Shown: positions 1-12,879 of the stretch, in pieces
Layout of the letters: each line of letters starts with the position of its first letter
Position numbering within the stretch: position 1 is the first letter of the stretch
Source of the DNA: Thermoanaerobaculia bacterium
GTDB lineage: Bacteria > Acidobacteriota > Thermoanaerobaculia > Multivoradales > JAGPDF01
Assembly: GCA_046331385.1 (NCBI GenBank)
Contig: JAXLQW010000001.1
Span: 3,719,037 to 3,783,036 of the forward strand
Length of the DNA stretch: 64,000 nucleotides
Direction: 5' to 3'
Program-made: the position numbers and the translations under genes
The notes under the pieces: generated by a model
The model's database searches: none
The model's input: the letters and a program-made list of their open reading frames with translations, nothing else
What the model was told of the DNA's origin: nothing

Positions 1-100
1 CGGTGGCGACGGTGGCCGCGGTGACGACGAATCCGGCGAACGCCAAGGCCGCCAGGGCGGCGGTCGGTGAGGCTGCGGTCTGGCGCTGGAGTCTCGACAT
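1..100 (-). CDS. Partial CDS (N-terminus only): hypothetical membrane protein, runs off left edge
   Basis: Reverse complement of ~98-100 is ATG preceded by GGAGG. The 33 translated residues (MSRLQRQTAASPTAALAALAFAGFVVTAATVAT) are hydrophobic and TM-like. Confidence 0.3.
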   Translation of the reverse strand, partial: MSRLQRQTAASPTAALAALAFAGFVVTAATVAT

Positions 101-430
101 GATCCACCTCCGCTGGTGGTCGATCGGGTTCGCCTGCCGGGCGCTCCGGGCCTCCGGCCCCGACGGCCGGTGACCCCACGTTTCGAGTCGACGAATCACC
201 GCAATCGGCCCCGACGGCGAGTCTTGGAGTGCGGTCGGATGGGTCGACCGTCAAGCTAGCGCCGAGGGCGGTCGGGCGACATGACGACCGTCATACCGAC
301 GCCGCCGCCGCGGTGTTACGCCTGGGCGCCGACCCCGGCGCCCCGGGGCTCCCAGCGCGGCCCGGGCCTCGCCCAGCTTCTCCGGGCGCGCCGGGTCGGC
401 GCCTCCGGGAGCGACCGCGAGCGTCTCGGC

Positions 431-2446
431 TCAGGGCGCGATCACCGACCAGGCCGCCGTGTTGCCCGACTCGAAACCGTCGGCGAAGATCTGGCCGGCC
501 GGGTCGTCGTCCAGGAGGGTGATCGTGAGGGTCGAGGGGCTGCCGAGCGCCGTGCCGGCGGTCGGGTTGGACAGCGCGAAGACGATCGTCTCGTTGGGCT
601 CGTCGGCCGAGTCCTGCCGGATCGAGAAAGTGAAGACCTCGAAGGAGTCGTCGCCCACCGCCCAGCTCTCGGTCCCGGCGCTATAGGAGAAGTCGACGCC
701 CGGAGTCGCCGTGCCCCCCGTCCGCGAGTGCTCGACGGTCGCCGCGACGACCGCGCTCTGCGACCGGTTCACCACGACGACGGTGAGCCCATCGCCTTCG
801 TCGTAGGTGAGGGCGTTGGTGGAAAACTGCACGGTGCCGAACGCGCCGAGGTCGCCGTCGAGGCCGTAGATCACCTGCACCGCGCCGGCGTCGCCGTTGC
901 CGCCCGAATTCTCGCCGGGCACGCCGATGGCGAGGTCGTCGCTGCCGTTGCCGTCGAAGTCGCCCACCGCGAGAGCGACGCCGAACGAGTCGCCGGCGGA
1001 GGGGACGCCGAGCATGCCCGCCGGGCTGTCCTGGTGGAAGGTCTGGTTACCGGCGGTCGACAAGCCGGTGCCGGCAGCGCCGTAGAGCACGTTCACCGTG
1101 CCCGCCGCCGAGCGGTTCGCGCCGGAGACGACCAGGTCCTCGAGCGGCACGCCGATGGCCAGATCCGCGGCGCCGTCGCCGTCGAAGTCGCCGACCGCGA
1201 GCGGTTCGCCGAACCAGTCCTCCGACTCGGCGCCGGAGCCGGGAGCGAAGTCGTCCTGGTCGAACATCTGATCGAGGTTGCCGGTGAGCACCGTGCCGTT
1301 GTTGTAGAGAACGTGCACGACGCCTTCGTAGATGCCGGCGAGGGTCTCGCCCGGGGCGCCGATCGCGACGTCGGAGTCGCCGTCGTCGTCGAAGTCGCCG
1401 GCCGCCACGGCCGCCGAGAAGAAGTCCTCCAGCTCGGCGACGCCCTGCACCCCCGACGCGTCCTGATCCCAGCATTCCGAGCCCGGATGGGCGTGGTATT
1501 CCACGCCGAGACGTCCGGCCGAGAGCGCGCCGAGCGTCTCGCCGGGCGCGCCGATCAGCAGGTCGAAGTCCGGGAGGCCGCCGGCGGGATCGCTCCAGCG
1601 GTACTCCCCGCCGAGCCCGGCGCCGAACAGGTCGCCCGCTTCGCCGAGCTCGCCGCAGGCCGACCAGAAGTCGCCCTGCGCGTGCCGTTCGGCGGCGTTC
1701 AACGTGCCGCCGTTGTACTGAGCCACGGAGAAGACGGCGCCTTCGTCGGCCCACAGCCCGTCCTCGTGTGGGGTCCCGATCAGGAGCGTGTCATGGACGT
1801 CGGCGCGAAAGCTCGGGGCGGTGGCCAGGTCCTCGCCGAAACGATCCCCGGCCTCGATGCTGTCGTCGGGGATCGGCGACGTCTGCTGGTCGAAGTAGCG
1901 GCTGCCGGAGCCGGTGAGACCCGACGCCGAGCCGAAGAGAACCCAGACCGCTCCGGCGTCGACGAGCTCGACGCCGTCGACCGACAGGTCCTCGAACGGT
2001 CCGCCGATCGCCAGATCGTCGTAGGCGTCGAGGTTGAACCGGCCCGCGGTGAGCGACCAGCCCCAGCGGTCGTCCGCCTCGGGCCCGCCGGCGACGCCGG
2101 AGCTGCTCTGGGTGAAGAACTGGTCACCGGTCATCCTCAGCCCTCCCGGCGAGCCGTAGAAGACGTGGACGGCGCCCGCGGCGTTCTGTCCGCTGACGGT
2201 TTCATAGGGCGCGCCGACCGCCAGGTCGACGTAGCCGTCGCCATCGAAGTCGCCCGCTGCGAGCGCATTGCCGAGCAGGTCGCCGGCCTCGCAGGGGTCC
2301 GGGGATCCGTCGCACTGGTCGAGAAGCACGTTGCCCAGGTCGGTGAGCTGGGCGCCGGCAGGAGTCGGCGCGCGGAGAAGAACGGCGACGGTGAGGACGG
2401 CGGCCGCAAACAGGGCGTGCCATCGAAGGGGGGGCCAGGCGCTCAT
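431..2446 (-). CDS. Secreted FG-GAP repeat protein (integrin-alpha-like beta-propeller) with Calx-beta-like region
   Basis: 671-aa ORF with N-terminal signal peptide (LFAAAVLTVAVLLRAPTPAGA). Multiple FG-GAP repeats (GDFDGDGYVDLAVGAP, VGDFDGDGAADLAIGVP, AGDFDDDGDSDVAIGAP). C-terminus ends FADGFESGNTAAWSVIAP. Confidence 0.8.
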   Translation of the reverse strand: MSAWPPLRWHALFAAAVLTVAVLLRAPTPAGAQLTDLGNVLLDQCDGSPDPCEAGDLLGNALAAGDFDGDGYVDLAVGAPYETVSGQNAAGAVHVFYGSPGGLRMTGDQFFTQSSSGVAGGPEADDRWGWSLTAGRFNLDAYDDLAIGGPFEDLSVDGVELVDAGAVWVLFGSASGLTGSGSRYFDQQTSPIPDDSIEAGDRFGEDLATAPSFRADVHDTLLIGTPHEDGLWADEGAVFSVAQYNGGTLNAAERHAQGDFWSACGELGEAGDLFGAGLGGEYRWSDPAGGLPDFDLLIGAPGETLGALSAGRLGVEYHAHPGSECWDQDASGVQGVAELEDFFSAAVAAGDFDDDGDSDVAIGAPGETLAGIYEGVVHVLYNNGTVLTGNLDQMFDQDDFAPGSGAESEDWFGEPLAVGDFDGDGAADLAIGVPLEDLVVSGANRSAAGTVNVLYGAAGTGLSTAGNQTFHQDSPAGMLGVPSAGDSFGVALAVGDFDGNGSDDLAIGVPGENSGGNGDAGAVQVIYGLDGDLGAFGTVQFSTNALTYDEGDGLTVVVVNRSQSAVVAATVEHSRTGGTATPGVDFSYSAGTESWAVGDDSFEVFTFSIRQDSADEPNETIVFALSNPTAGTALGSPSTLTITLLDDDPAGQIFADGFESGNTAAWSVIAP

Positions 2447-2582
2447 CGAACCTCCTCGGCCAGGGTGGGCGTGGCTTCCCGGCCTGTTGATTTCCGCGCA
2501 ATCGGGCGGAAGGACGGCTCAGCGGTCGCTTGACGACCCGAGTCGGCGCTCGTACGCTCTGCCCAAGCGAGACCTAGACCGG

Positions 2583-3187
2583 ATGGAACAGCAGGGCGAC
2601 GAGGTTTCGGCGAGCCCCGAACGGGGCGAGGTCACCGCGTTGCTGTGCGCTTGGGCGAGCGGCGGGCCGGAGGTCGCCGAGCGCATCTTCGAGCTCGTCT
2701 ACAGCGAGCTGCGGGCGATCGCGGCGAACCATTTCCGACGCGAGCGCGTCGGCCAGACGCTCCAGCCCACCGCGCTCGTCCACGAGGCCTACCTGAGGCT
2801 GGTCGACCAGACGCGCGTCGAGTGGAAGAACCGCGGCCATTTCTTCGCCGTGGCTTCGCAAGCGATGCGCCGCGCGCTGGTCGACCACGCGCGGGCGCGC
2901 GCCGCGGCCAAGCGCGGCCGAGGCCTGGAGCCGGAGACGCTCCGGGTCGAAGTGGCGGCGGAAACCCCGGTGTCGCCGATCGACGTCTTGGCGCTCGATC
3001 AGGCGCTCGACCGCCTTGCCGCGGCCGACGCGCAGCTCGCCCGCGTCGTCGAGTTGCGGTTCTTCGGCGGCCTGACCCTCGAGGAGACGACCGAGGTCGC
3101 CGGCCGCTCGCTCGCCTCGGTCAAGCGCGACTGGCGCGCCGCGCGCGCCTTTCTCCACCGCGAGCTCGGCCTGCTCGCCGAGCGACC

Positions 3188-3191
<4 letters not shown>
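2583..3191 (+). CDS. ECF-type RNA polymerase sigma factor (Sigma70_ECF/PF07638-like, kinase-associated)
   Basis: Internal ATG of track ORF 2268..3191 at aa offset 105. Translation MEQQGDEV...LLCAWASGGPEVAERIFELVYSELRAIAANHFRRERVGQTLQPTALVHEAYLRL...VELRFFGGLTLEETTEV has sigma-70 region 2/4 hallmarks. Confidence 0.85.
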
Positions 3192-5815
<2,624 letters not shown>

Positions 5816-5872
5816 CGCTCGCTGCCGGGTGCGGCGCGGATCCGATCCCGCGCGAGGTGGAGGAGCAAGAAG

Positions 5873-6655
5873 ATGAACGTGCATTGTCTCCAGCACGTGC
5901 CGTTCGAAGGGCCGGGAAGCATCGAGCACTGGTGTCGCCGAGGAAGGCACGCTCTCGGCGTGACGCGGTTCCATCGCGGCGAGCCGCTGCCCGCGGTCGA
6001 GGATGTCGACCTGCTGGTGGTCCTGGGCGGGCCGATGAACGTCGATGAAGAATCGAAGTACCCCTGGCTGGCGACGGAGAAGCGTTTCATCGCGGCGGCG
6101 ATTGCCGCCGAGCGGAAGGTACTCGGTGTCTGCCTCGGCGCGCAGCTGGTCGCGAGCGTCTTGGGAGCCAGGGTCTATGCCAACCCGGAGAAGGAGATCG
6201 GCTGGTTCCCGATCGAACCCACCGGGGCGGACGCGGCGAACGGCTGGTTCGGTCCGGTCCCGCGCGGACTCGAGGCCTTCCATTGGCACGGCGACACCTT
6301 CGACATTCCAGCCGGCGCGCTGCACGTGGCCCGCAGCGCCGCCTGCGCGCACCAGGCATTCGTCCATGGTGAGCGGGTCGTCGGACTGCAGTTTCATCTG
6401 GAGGTGACGCGGGCCGCCGTCCGGCAGCTCATCGCCCACGGCTCCGGCGACCTCGTCGCAGGGCGGTACGTCCAGAAGCCGCAGGAGATGCTGGCGGGGG
6501 TGGAGCGGTTCGAGTCGGCGAACCGCGTGCTGGACGGATGGCTCGATCGGCTCGCGGTGGAGGCGTCGAATCGGGCCGCGCGGGAGGACGGAACGTCGTG
6601 CCCGACGGCGCCGGTCCGAGCGGGTCAGCCGCCCCCCAGCGGACCCGCCGGGTGA
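5873..6655 (+). CDS. Class I (type 1) glutamine amidotransferase-like protein
   Basis: 260 aa. GATase1 nucleophile elbow GVCLGAQ. Overall similarity to GATase1 domain proteins. Confidence 0.7.
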   Translation: MNVHCLQHVPFEGPGSIEHWCRRGRHALGVTRFHRGEPLPAVEDVDLLVVLGGPMNVDEESKYPWLATEKRFIAAAIAAERKVLGVCLGAQLVASVLGARVYANPEKEIGWFPIEPTGADAANGWFGPVPRGLEAFHWHGDTFDIPAGALHVARSAACAHQAFVHGERVVGLQFHLEVTRAAVRQLIAHGSGDLVAGRYVQKPQEMLAGVERFESANRVLDGWLDRLAVEASNRAAREDGTSCPTAPVRAGQPPPSGPAG

Positions 6656-6928
6656 GGACGCACGGTCAGGGGTCTCTGGCGTGAGGCCCTAGCGGCGCGG
6701 AATCCCCCTTCTGCCCCTGAGCTCGGGAAGCGCGCTCGAGGGGTCGACCGAATCCCGTGAGCCGATTGCGAAGCGAATCTCGCGGTAACGAGTGGGTCGA
6801 TCCACGGCAGAGGGGCTGCCTGTGCCGGGGGAGGAATCGACGATCGAGCCGAGGGAACATCGAATGGTACGGGACGAAGGGCCGTGAGCGGGAACACGGG
6901 CTACCCGCCGCCGCCACGCACGGGAGCG

Positions 6929-7432
6929 ATGGCGGCGATGAAGAGGAATCCGCGGCGATCGGCGTTCGCGGCGGGAGCGTGCGCCATCCTCTCGACGCTG
7001 CTTGCGCCGCGCCTCGCCGCGGGCGCCGTCTGCCCGGTGCCGAGCGTGGGCCATCCGACGATCGGCGCGGCGGTGCGCGATCCGGTGTGCACGACCGTCC
7101 AGCTCGCCGCCGGCACCTATTCCGAATCGGTCGAGGTCGCGCGCGACCTGGCGATCGCCGGCGTCGGCTCGGCGGCGAGCCTCGTCGCCGGCCACTTGCT
7201 GGTGAGCGGCGCGACCAGCGACGTGACGCTTTCTGGCCTGCGCGTCGACGCCACCGGGACGGGAGTCGCCGGTTGCTGGCCGCGGGCGCTCGAGGCCGTG
7301 GGGGGTGCCGAGGTCGCCGCCGGGCCTGATGTGGACGTGCGCAACACGGCGGTCGGGGGCGCGGATTGCAGACTCTTCGCCGACGGCTTCGAGAGCGCCG
7401 GCACCTTGGCTTGGTCGGCGACGGTGCCGTAG
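6929..7432 (+). CDS. Small secreted protein (unknown function)
   Basis: Internal ATG gives signal peptide MAAMKRNPRRSAFAAGACAILSTLLAPRLAAGA. C-terminus CRLFADGFESAGTLAWSATVP matches the C-terminal motif of the FG-GAP protein. Confidence 0.55.
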   Translation: MAAMKRNPRRSAFAAGACAILSTLLAPRLAAGAVCPVPSVGHPTIGAAVRDPVCTTVQLAAGTYSESVEVARDLAIAGVGSAASLVAGHLLVSGATSDVTLSGLRVDATGTGVAGCWPRALEAVGGAEVAAGPDVDVRNTAVGGADCRLFADGFESAGTLAWSATVP

Positions 7433-7529
7433 CGCCGGGGCGGCGGAGCCCGGAGCTCGCGGCGGGATTCGGCGGACTGGAGGGTCGCGCAGCGGCCGGT
7501 TCGAGCGCGGTGATCGGAGGGAGGATCGA

Positions 7530-9497
7530 ATGGCGGCAAGCACGAGAGCAGAAGCATGGGCGCTGGCCATAGCGGGGTGGCTCGTCGCAGCGCACGCCGC
7601 GGGCGCGGCCGGGGCCGTGGCGGTATCTCCGGGGGTGGGCGCGGATGCGGCCACGGCGGTGAGCGAGGTCGCGAGCGGTTGCCCGACTTTCAGCTGGAGC
7701 CCGGCCGAGAGCGGCGCGGCGAGCGAGCTCGCGGTGCTCGAGCTCGGAGCGGAGCGCGACCTCGAGAGCGCGCGGGTGGTGTTGCGCCGGCGGGTGGCGG
7801 CAGGAGCGAGCTCGTGGACACCGGGGCGGGCCGAGGGCCTGGCAGCGGGGCGGGAGTACGCCTGGCTGGTGCGCGCCGCCGGCGAGGGGTCGAGCGGCTC
7901 CGCGCCGGCGGCGTGGTCCGCACCGCTCTTCTTCCGCGTGGCGAGCGCGCCGAGCGAGGCGGAGGTGGCGGCCGCGCTCGCCCTGCTCGAGCGCTGGCAG
8001 GCGGAGCGGGAGTCGGGCGGGCGCGCGGAGGGAATCGCCGGCGGACGGGCGGCGGCCTCCGCAGAGGCGCGGCGGGTCGCGGGCGCGGCTGCCGAAAGTC
8101 CGCGAACGCCCCTGGTCAGCGGCGTCTCGGCGATCCACGGCGAGCTGCCCGACGCGAGCGGCGCGGTCTTCGGCGTCCTCGGCGTCAGCCATTCGGCGCA
8201 GGGCGCCGGCCTGGCCGCGCGCAACGAGACGACGGGAGCGGATCTCGCCCTCGACGGCGCGGCGCAGGGCGAGGTGGATACGCTGATCACCCAGGCGGGG
8301 ATCGACCGGCCGTCGGGTTCGGGGCAGACCTTCAACGTCCAGAACTCGGGCGCCGGGGCGATGACGCTGCAAGTCGACGGCGTGGCGGTCGACACGGCGA
8401 CGACGGCGATCGACTGGACGCGTCTGGCGAGCGTCCCCGCCGGCTTCGCCGACGGCATCGACGCCGACAGCGGCGGTGACATCACCGAGATCTCCGCCGG
8501 CTCGGGTCTGTCCGGCGGCGGGAGCTCCGGAACGGTGACGCTCTCCGCCAACTTCGGCGGCAGCGGCGCGGCGTCCTCGGTCGCGCGCAGCGACCACGAC
8601 CACTGGGCACAGAACTGGACCGGAGCCTCCACCTGGGGCCTGCGCGTCGACAACTCGCTCCTTAGCGGCCATGCCCTCGAAGGCCGCGCCACCGCGACCG
8701 GCGGCCAGAGCTACGGCGTCTACGGCGAGAGCAGCTCGACGACGGCGCGCGCGATCTACGGCTGGGCCTCGGCGACCAGCGGCATTCCTTACGGCGTCGA
8801 AGGCGTCGCCTCCGGTCCGGGTGGTCGGGGAGTCTTCGGCTACTCCACGGCCACTACCGGCAGCGGCTACGGTCTCATGGGATCGAGCGAATCGACGGCG
8901 GGGCGCGGCGTCTCCGCCTATGCTCCGGTGCCGGGCTGGGCGGGGTACTTCACGGGCAACGTGAATATCACCGGCACGCTGTCGAAAGGCGGTGGGTCGT
9001 TCAAGATCGACCATCCGCTCGACCCCGAGAACAAGTACCTCTACCACTCCTTCGTCGAATCGCCCGACATGATGAACGTCTACGACGGCATCGCCACGAC
9101 CGGCGACGACGGCTTCGCCACGGTCGAGCTGCCCGCCTGGTTCGAGGCGCTCAATCGCGACTTCCGCTACCAGTTGACGGTGCTCGACGAGTCCGGCGGC
9201 GCCGGTTTCGTGCAAGTCAAGGTCGTCGGCAAGATCGCCGACAACCGTTTCACACTTCGCACCAGCGCGCCCCGAACCGAGGTCTCCTGGCAGGTGACGG
9301 GAATCCGCAAGGATCCCTTCGCCGAGAAGTACCGGATCCCGGTCGAGCAGGAGAAGCCCGAAGCGGAGCGCGGGCTCTATCTCCACCCCGAGGCCTGGGG
9401 CCGGCCGCCGGAGGCCGGTCTCGACTACCGCGAGCGCTTGCTCGATCTGGAGAGCGGGCGGGGGGAGCCGGCCCGGAATCCCCCGGTTCCGGAGTAG
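7530..9497 (+). CDS. Large secreted protein with Fn3-like N-region, Gly/Tyr-rich repeats and conserved C-terminal module (unknown function)
   Basis: Signal peptide MAASTRAEAWALAIAGWLVAAHAAGAAG at internal ATG. Repeated xYGxxG segments (QSYGVYGESSST, IPYGVEGVASGPG, GSGYGLMGSSE). C-terminal KIDHPLDPENKYLYHSFVESPDMMNVYDGIATTGDDGFATVELPAWFEALN block. Confidence 0.6.
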   Translation: MAASTRAEAWALAIAGWLVAAHAAGAAGAVAVSPGVGADAATAVSEVASGCPTFSWSPAESGAASELAVLELGAERDLESARVVLRRRVAAGASSWTPGRAEGLAAGREYAWLVRAAGEGSSGSAPAAWSAPLFFRVASAPSEAEVAAALALLERWQAERESGGRAEGIAGGRAAASAEARRVAGAAAESPRTPLVSGVSAIHGELPDASGAVFGVLGVSHSAQGAGLAARNETTGADLALDGAAQGEVDTLITQAGIDRPSGSGQTFNVQNSGAGAMTLQVDGVAVDTATTAIDWTRLASVPAGFADGIDADSGGDITEISAGSGLSGGGSSGTVTLSANFGGSGAASSVARSDHDHWAQNWTGASTWGLRVDNSLLSGHALEGRATATGGQSYGVYGESSSTTARAIYGWASATSGIPYGVEGVASGPGGRGVFGYSTATTGSGYGLMGSSESTAGRGVSAYAPVPGWAGYFTGNVNITGTLSKGGGSFKIDHPLDPENKYLYHSFVESPDMMNVYDGIATTGDDGFATVELPAWFEALNRDFRYQLTVLDESGGAGFVQVKVVGKIADNRFTLRTSAPRTEVSWQVTGIRKDPFAEKYRIPVEQEKPEAERGLYLHPEAWGRPPEAGLDYRERLLDLESGRGEPARNPPVPE

Positions 9498-9503
9498 CGG
9501 GCG

Positions 9504-11495
9504 ATGGCTTCGCCAGGCTGGCGGGCGGTGGCCGCGGCCACCGCGCTGGTCGCGGCGACCCTCGGGGCCTACCGGGGCGTGGCGGGCAACGACTTCGTCG
9601 TCTACGACGACGACCAGTACGTCACGGCCAACCCGGCGCTCCGCGACGGACTGACCGCGCCGGCGATCCGCTGGGCCTTCGTCACCGACCACGCCGCGAA
9701 CTGGCACCCGCTGACCTGGTTGTCGCACCTGCTCGACGTGCAGCTTTTCGGCTTCGCTCCTCGCGGTCACCACCTGATGAGCCTCGCTCTCCACGTGGCC
9801 GCCACGGTGCTGCTCTTCCTGCTCTTGCGGCGGCTGACCGGGAACGCGCTGCCCAGCCTGGCGACCGCCGCCCTGTTCGGCCTCCATCCGGCGCACGTCG
9901 AGTCGGTGGCCTGGGTGGCGGAGCGCAAGGACGTGCTCAGCACGCTGCTCGGCCTGTTCGCCATCGCGGCCTACGCGGGCTGGGTTCGGCGACCTTCGTG
10001 GCGGCGCTATGCGGCGCTCGTCGGTCTCTTCGCGCTCGGCCTGCTCGCCAAGCCGATGCTGGTGACGCTGCCTTTCGTCCTGCTCCTGCTCGACCTCTGG
10101 CCGCTGCGGCGCTGGAGCTGGAAGGAATCGCTGGCGGGCCTCGTGCCTCGCGTGCGCGAGAAGCTCCCCCTGTTCGCGCTCGCCGCGGCTTCGTGCAGCG
10201 TCACCTTCCTCGTCCAGCGCGGCGGCGGAGCCGTGCAGTCGGCCGATCGCTATCCGCTGGCGATTCGTTGCCAGAACGCGGCGGTGGCGTACGTGGACTA
10301 TCTGCGCCAGCTCGCCTGGCCCTCCGACCTCGCCGTCTTCTACCCGCACCCGGGCGTCGCGCTCTCGCCCCTCCGCGCTCTCGCCTCACTGGCGCTCCTC
10401 CTGCTCCTGACCGCCGGCGCCTGGCGCCTGCGGCGCAGCCAGCCGGCCGTTCTCGTCGGCTGGCTCTGGTTCCTCGGTACCCTGCTGCCAGTCATCGGGC
10501 TCGTGCAGGTCGGCTGGCAGGCGCGCGCCGATCGCTACACCTACCTGCCGAGCATCGGGCTCTTCGTCGCGCTCGCCTGGGGTGCCGGCGCCCTGGCGAC
10601 GACGCCGGAGCGTCGCACCGCGCTGGCCGCGGCGACCGGCGCGGCGCTCGCGGCCTGCTGTTTCGTGACCCAGGCGCAGGTCGGCTACTGGCGAGACAGC
10701 GAGACGCTGTTCCTGCGCGCGCTCGCGGTCACCCGGGAGAACTTCCTCGCCGAGAACAACCTCGGCCACTTCTACAACGAGCGGTCGCGGCCCGCCGAGG
10801 CTCTCCCCCATTTGCAGGAAGCGGTCCGCATCCGGCCGGGCTACGGCGAAGCGCACACCAACCTGGGGCGAGCGCTCTTCCTCCTGGGGCGCGTCGACGA
10901 AGCCGGCACGCAGTTCGAGCGCGCGAACGCGCTTCAGCCCGGCGATCCCGTGGCGCTCAACAACCTGGCCTTCACGCGCCTGCGGCAGGGGGAGCTGGCG
11001 CAAGCCGAGCGCTGGTATCGCCTCGCCCTCGAGCGGGCTCCGGACTGGGCGGAGCTGAACCGCCAGATGGCCGTGCTCCTGCTGCTCGAGGAACGCCCCG
11101 AGGAGGCGCGGCCCCACCTCGACCGCGCGGTCGACCTCGATCCCGGCAATCCGGCCTACCGCGAGCTGCAGGCCGGCGCCGCGGGAGCGGATCCGGCGGC
11201 GATCGTCGCGCTGCGACGGCAACTGGGCGCGCTCCACCGCGAGATCGCTCTCGCGCTGCTGCGCAAGCGGAGACCGACAGCCGCGCGGGATCACTATGCG
11301 CGGGCGATCGCGCTCGACCCGGCCGACGCCGAGTCGCTCAACGACCTCGGCTATCTGCTGCTACTCGACGGGCGGTGGGACGAGGCGATCGCGCGGCTCG
11401 AGGCCGCCGTCCGGCTGCGGCCGGACCTCGCGCTCGCGCGCGACAACCTGGCCGACGCCCTGCGGGCGCGGGCGGCGGCGGCGCGGGTTCCCTGA
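9504..11495 (+). CDS. Polytopic membrane protein (DUF1736/TMTC-PMT-like glycosyltransferase fold) with C-terminal TPR repeats
   Basis: 663 aa. ~10 TM helices in N-terminal 400 aa with the DUF1736-like segment WHPLTWLSHLLDVQLFG. TPR repeats in the C-terminal 250 aa (AEALPHLQEAVRIRPGYGEAHTNLGRAL...). Confidence 0.75.
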   Translation: MASPGWRAVAAATALVAATLGAYRGVAGNDFVVYDDDQYVTANPALRDGLTAPAIRWAFVTDHAANWHPLTWLSHLLDVQLFGFAPRGHHLMSLALHVAATVLLFLLLRRLTGNALPSLATAALFGLHPAHVESVAWVAERKDVLSTLLGLFAIAAYAGWVRRPSWRRYAALVGLFALGLLAKPMLVTLPFVLLLLDLWPLRRWSWKESLAGLVPRVREKLPLFALAAASCSVTFLVQRGGGAVQSADRYPLAIRCQNAAVAYVDYLRQLAWPSDLAVFYPHPGVALSPLRALASLALLLLLTAGAWRLRRSQPAVLVGWLWFLGTLLPVIGLVQVGWQARADRYTYLPSIGLFVALAWGAGALATTPERRTALAAATGAALAACCFVTQAQVGYWRDSETLFLRALAVTRENFLAENNLGHFYNERSRPAEALPHLQEAVRIRPGYGEAHTNLGRALFLLGRVDEAGTQFERANALQPGDPVALNNLAFTRLRQGELAQAERWYRLALERAPDWAELNRQMAVLLLLEERPEEARPHLDRAVDLDPGNPAYRELQAGAAGADPAAIVALRRQLGALHREIALALLRKRRPTAARDHYARAIALDPADAESLNDLGYLLLLDGRWDEAIARLEAAVRLRPDLALARDNLADALRARAAAARVP

Positions 11496-11503
11496 GGCGA
11501 GGC

Positions 11504-12100
11504 CTATCGCCGTCGCGGGCGGGGAGCGAGGCCGCCCCAGACGACGTCGACCATCGCCAGCAGTTGCCTGCGGTCGGCGCGCACGCCTTTCCCCGCCAGC
11601 GACTGGCCGAGCGCCCAATCGTGAGCCAGGCTGGTGAGCAGACGCGCCGCCGCGAGCGAGGTGGCGGCGGCGATGGATCCGCGCCTTTCGAAATGCCGCA
11701 GGCGCGTCGCCAGCTCTTCCGCCAGGCGCGCCGAGGCGGAGGCCGGTTGCGCCTGCGCGATCGAGTCCGGGTCGAACGACGGGTGAGTCATGACCTGCAC
11801 GCCGAGCGGGACGATCTCGGCGAAGTAGCCCGCCATGCGCTCGACCACCGACCGCAGGTAGGCGCGGGCGTCGGCGGGAGGCTCGGCCGGTCCGAACAAC
11901 TGCCGACGATCCGGGGCGGTGGGCACCATGGCGGCGAAGAAGAGCGCGTTCTTGGTGCCGAATCGCTGGTAGAGCACCGTTTCCGAGACGCCGGCGGCTT
12001 CGGCGATGGCTCGAGTCGACGCCGTGTGCCCGCGCTCGCGAAAGAGGCCGCGCGCCACCGCGAGCACCTCGTCGTCGGAGATCGTCTTGTGCCGTCCCAT
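11504..12100 (-). CDS. TetR/AcrR family transcriptional regulator
   Basis: N-terminal TetR HTH signature (VLAVARGLFRERGHTASTRAIAEAAGVSETVLYQRFGTKNALF). 198 aa. Confidence 0.8.
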   Translation of the reverse strand: MGRHKTISDDEVLAVARGLFRERGHTASTRAIAEAAGVSETVLYQRFGTKNALFFAAMVPTAPDRRQLFGPAEPPADARAYLRSVVERMAGYFAEIVPLGVQVMTHPSFDPDSIAQAQPASASARLAEELATRLRHFERRGSIAAATSLAAARLLTSLAHDWALGQSLAGKGVRADRRQLLAMVDVVWGGLAPRPRRR

Positions 12101-12284
12101 GGGCTCCCCGCGCCGCCGCCGCGACGAAAAAAGCGCGCGCCCGCTGACTGTACCAGGGCCGTCCGGCGATCCATGACGAGCGCGGTCGGCGGCGTCTTGA
12201 CATAAGCGAGTGCTTGCTTATATATTGCGACGGTCGCGCCGCGAGCGCGCCGAGTCGCCCCCCGCGGGGAGAAAGACACCGTCC

Positions 12285-12776
12285 ATGAACACCCCGAGCT
12301 TCTCCGCCAACCGAGTGACCAGGACCCATCGGCAATCCATCGCGGCTCCCGCCGATCGAGTGTTTCCACTGCTCTGTCCGGTGCGCGAGGCCGAATGGCT
12401 GGCCGACTGGGAGTACACCATGATCCGCTCCGTCTCCGGCCTGGTCGAGCCCGGGGCGGTGTTCACCACTCCCGGCGCCGGCGAGCCCGATACCGTTTGG
12501 GTCGTCACCCGGCACGACACGCGGGAGCGCGTCGTCGAATTCACTCGCTTCACTCCCGGATCGCGCGTCTGCGTGCTGCGTATCGGCGTCGCGCCGAGCG
12601 GCGCGCACCGATCGCAAGTCGACATCGCCTACACCTATACCGCGATCGGCGAGGCGGGCAACGCCTTCATCGACCGATTCACGGAGGACTCGTTCCGCGC
12701 GGCGATGGCGTTCTGGGAGGACTCGATGAACCACTGGCTGGCGACCGGCGAGCTGCTGGCGCGACACGAGGCGTGA
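12285..12776 (+). CDS. SRPBCC (polyketide cyclase/Bet v1-like) family protein
   Basis: Divergent from the TetR gene. Internal ATG MNTPSFSANRVTRTHRQSIAAPADRVFPLL resembles SRPBCC/AHSA1 N-termini. Confidence 0.55.
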   Translation: MNTPSFSANRVTRTHRQSIAAPADRVFPLLCPVREAEWLADWEYTMIRSVSGLVEPGAVFTTPGAGEPDTVWVVTRHDTRERVVEFTRFTPGSRVCVLRIGVAPSGAHRSQVDIAYTYTAIGEAGNAFIDRFTEDSFRAAMAFWEDSMNHWLATGELLARHEA

Positions 12777-12879
12777 CCGGAGCCCGGCGACCGCGATCCT
12801 GGCGTGACGCCAAGACGCAGCACGAACGACCACACCACGCCGCGCGACCCGCGCGCGGTCGGCGCAAGGCAGAGCGAGC

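Noticed and set aside
281-2533. 750-aa plus-strand ORF antisense to the FG-GAP gene
   Set aside because: The opposite strand encodes a coherent FG-GAP repeat protein with signal peptide. This frame is Gly/Arg/Ala-rich with no motifs.
6666-10349. 1227-aa minus-strand ORF (and nested 6689..8692)
   Set aside because: Antisense to well-supported plus-strand genes (secreted proteins, TMTC-like). Arg/Pro/Ala-rich low-complexity translation typical of high-GC antisense frames.
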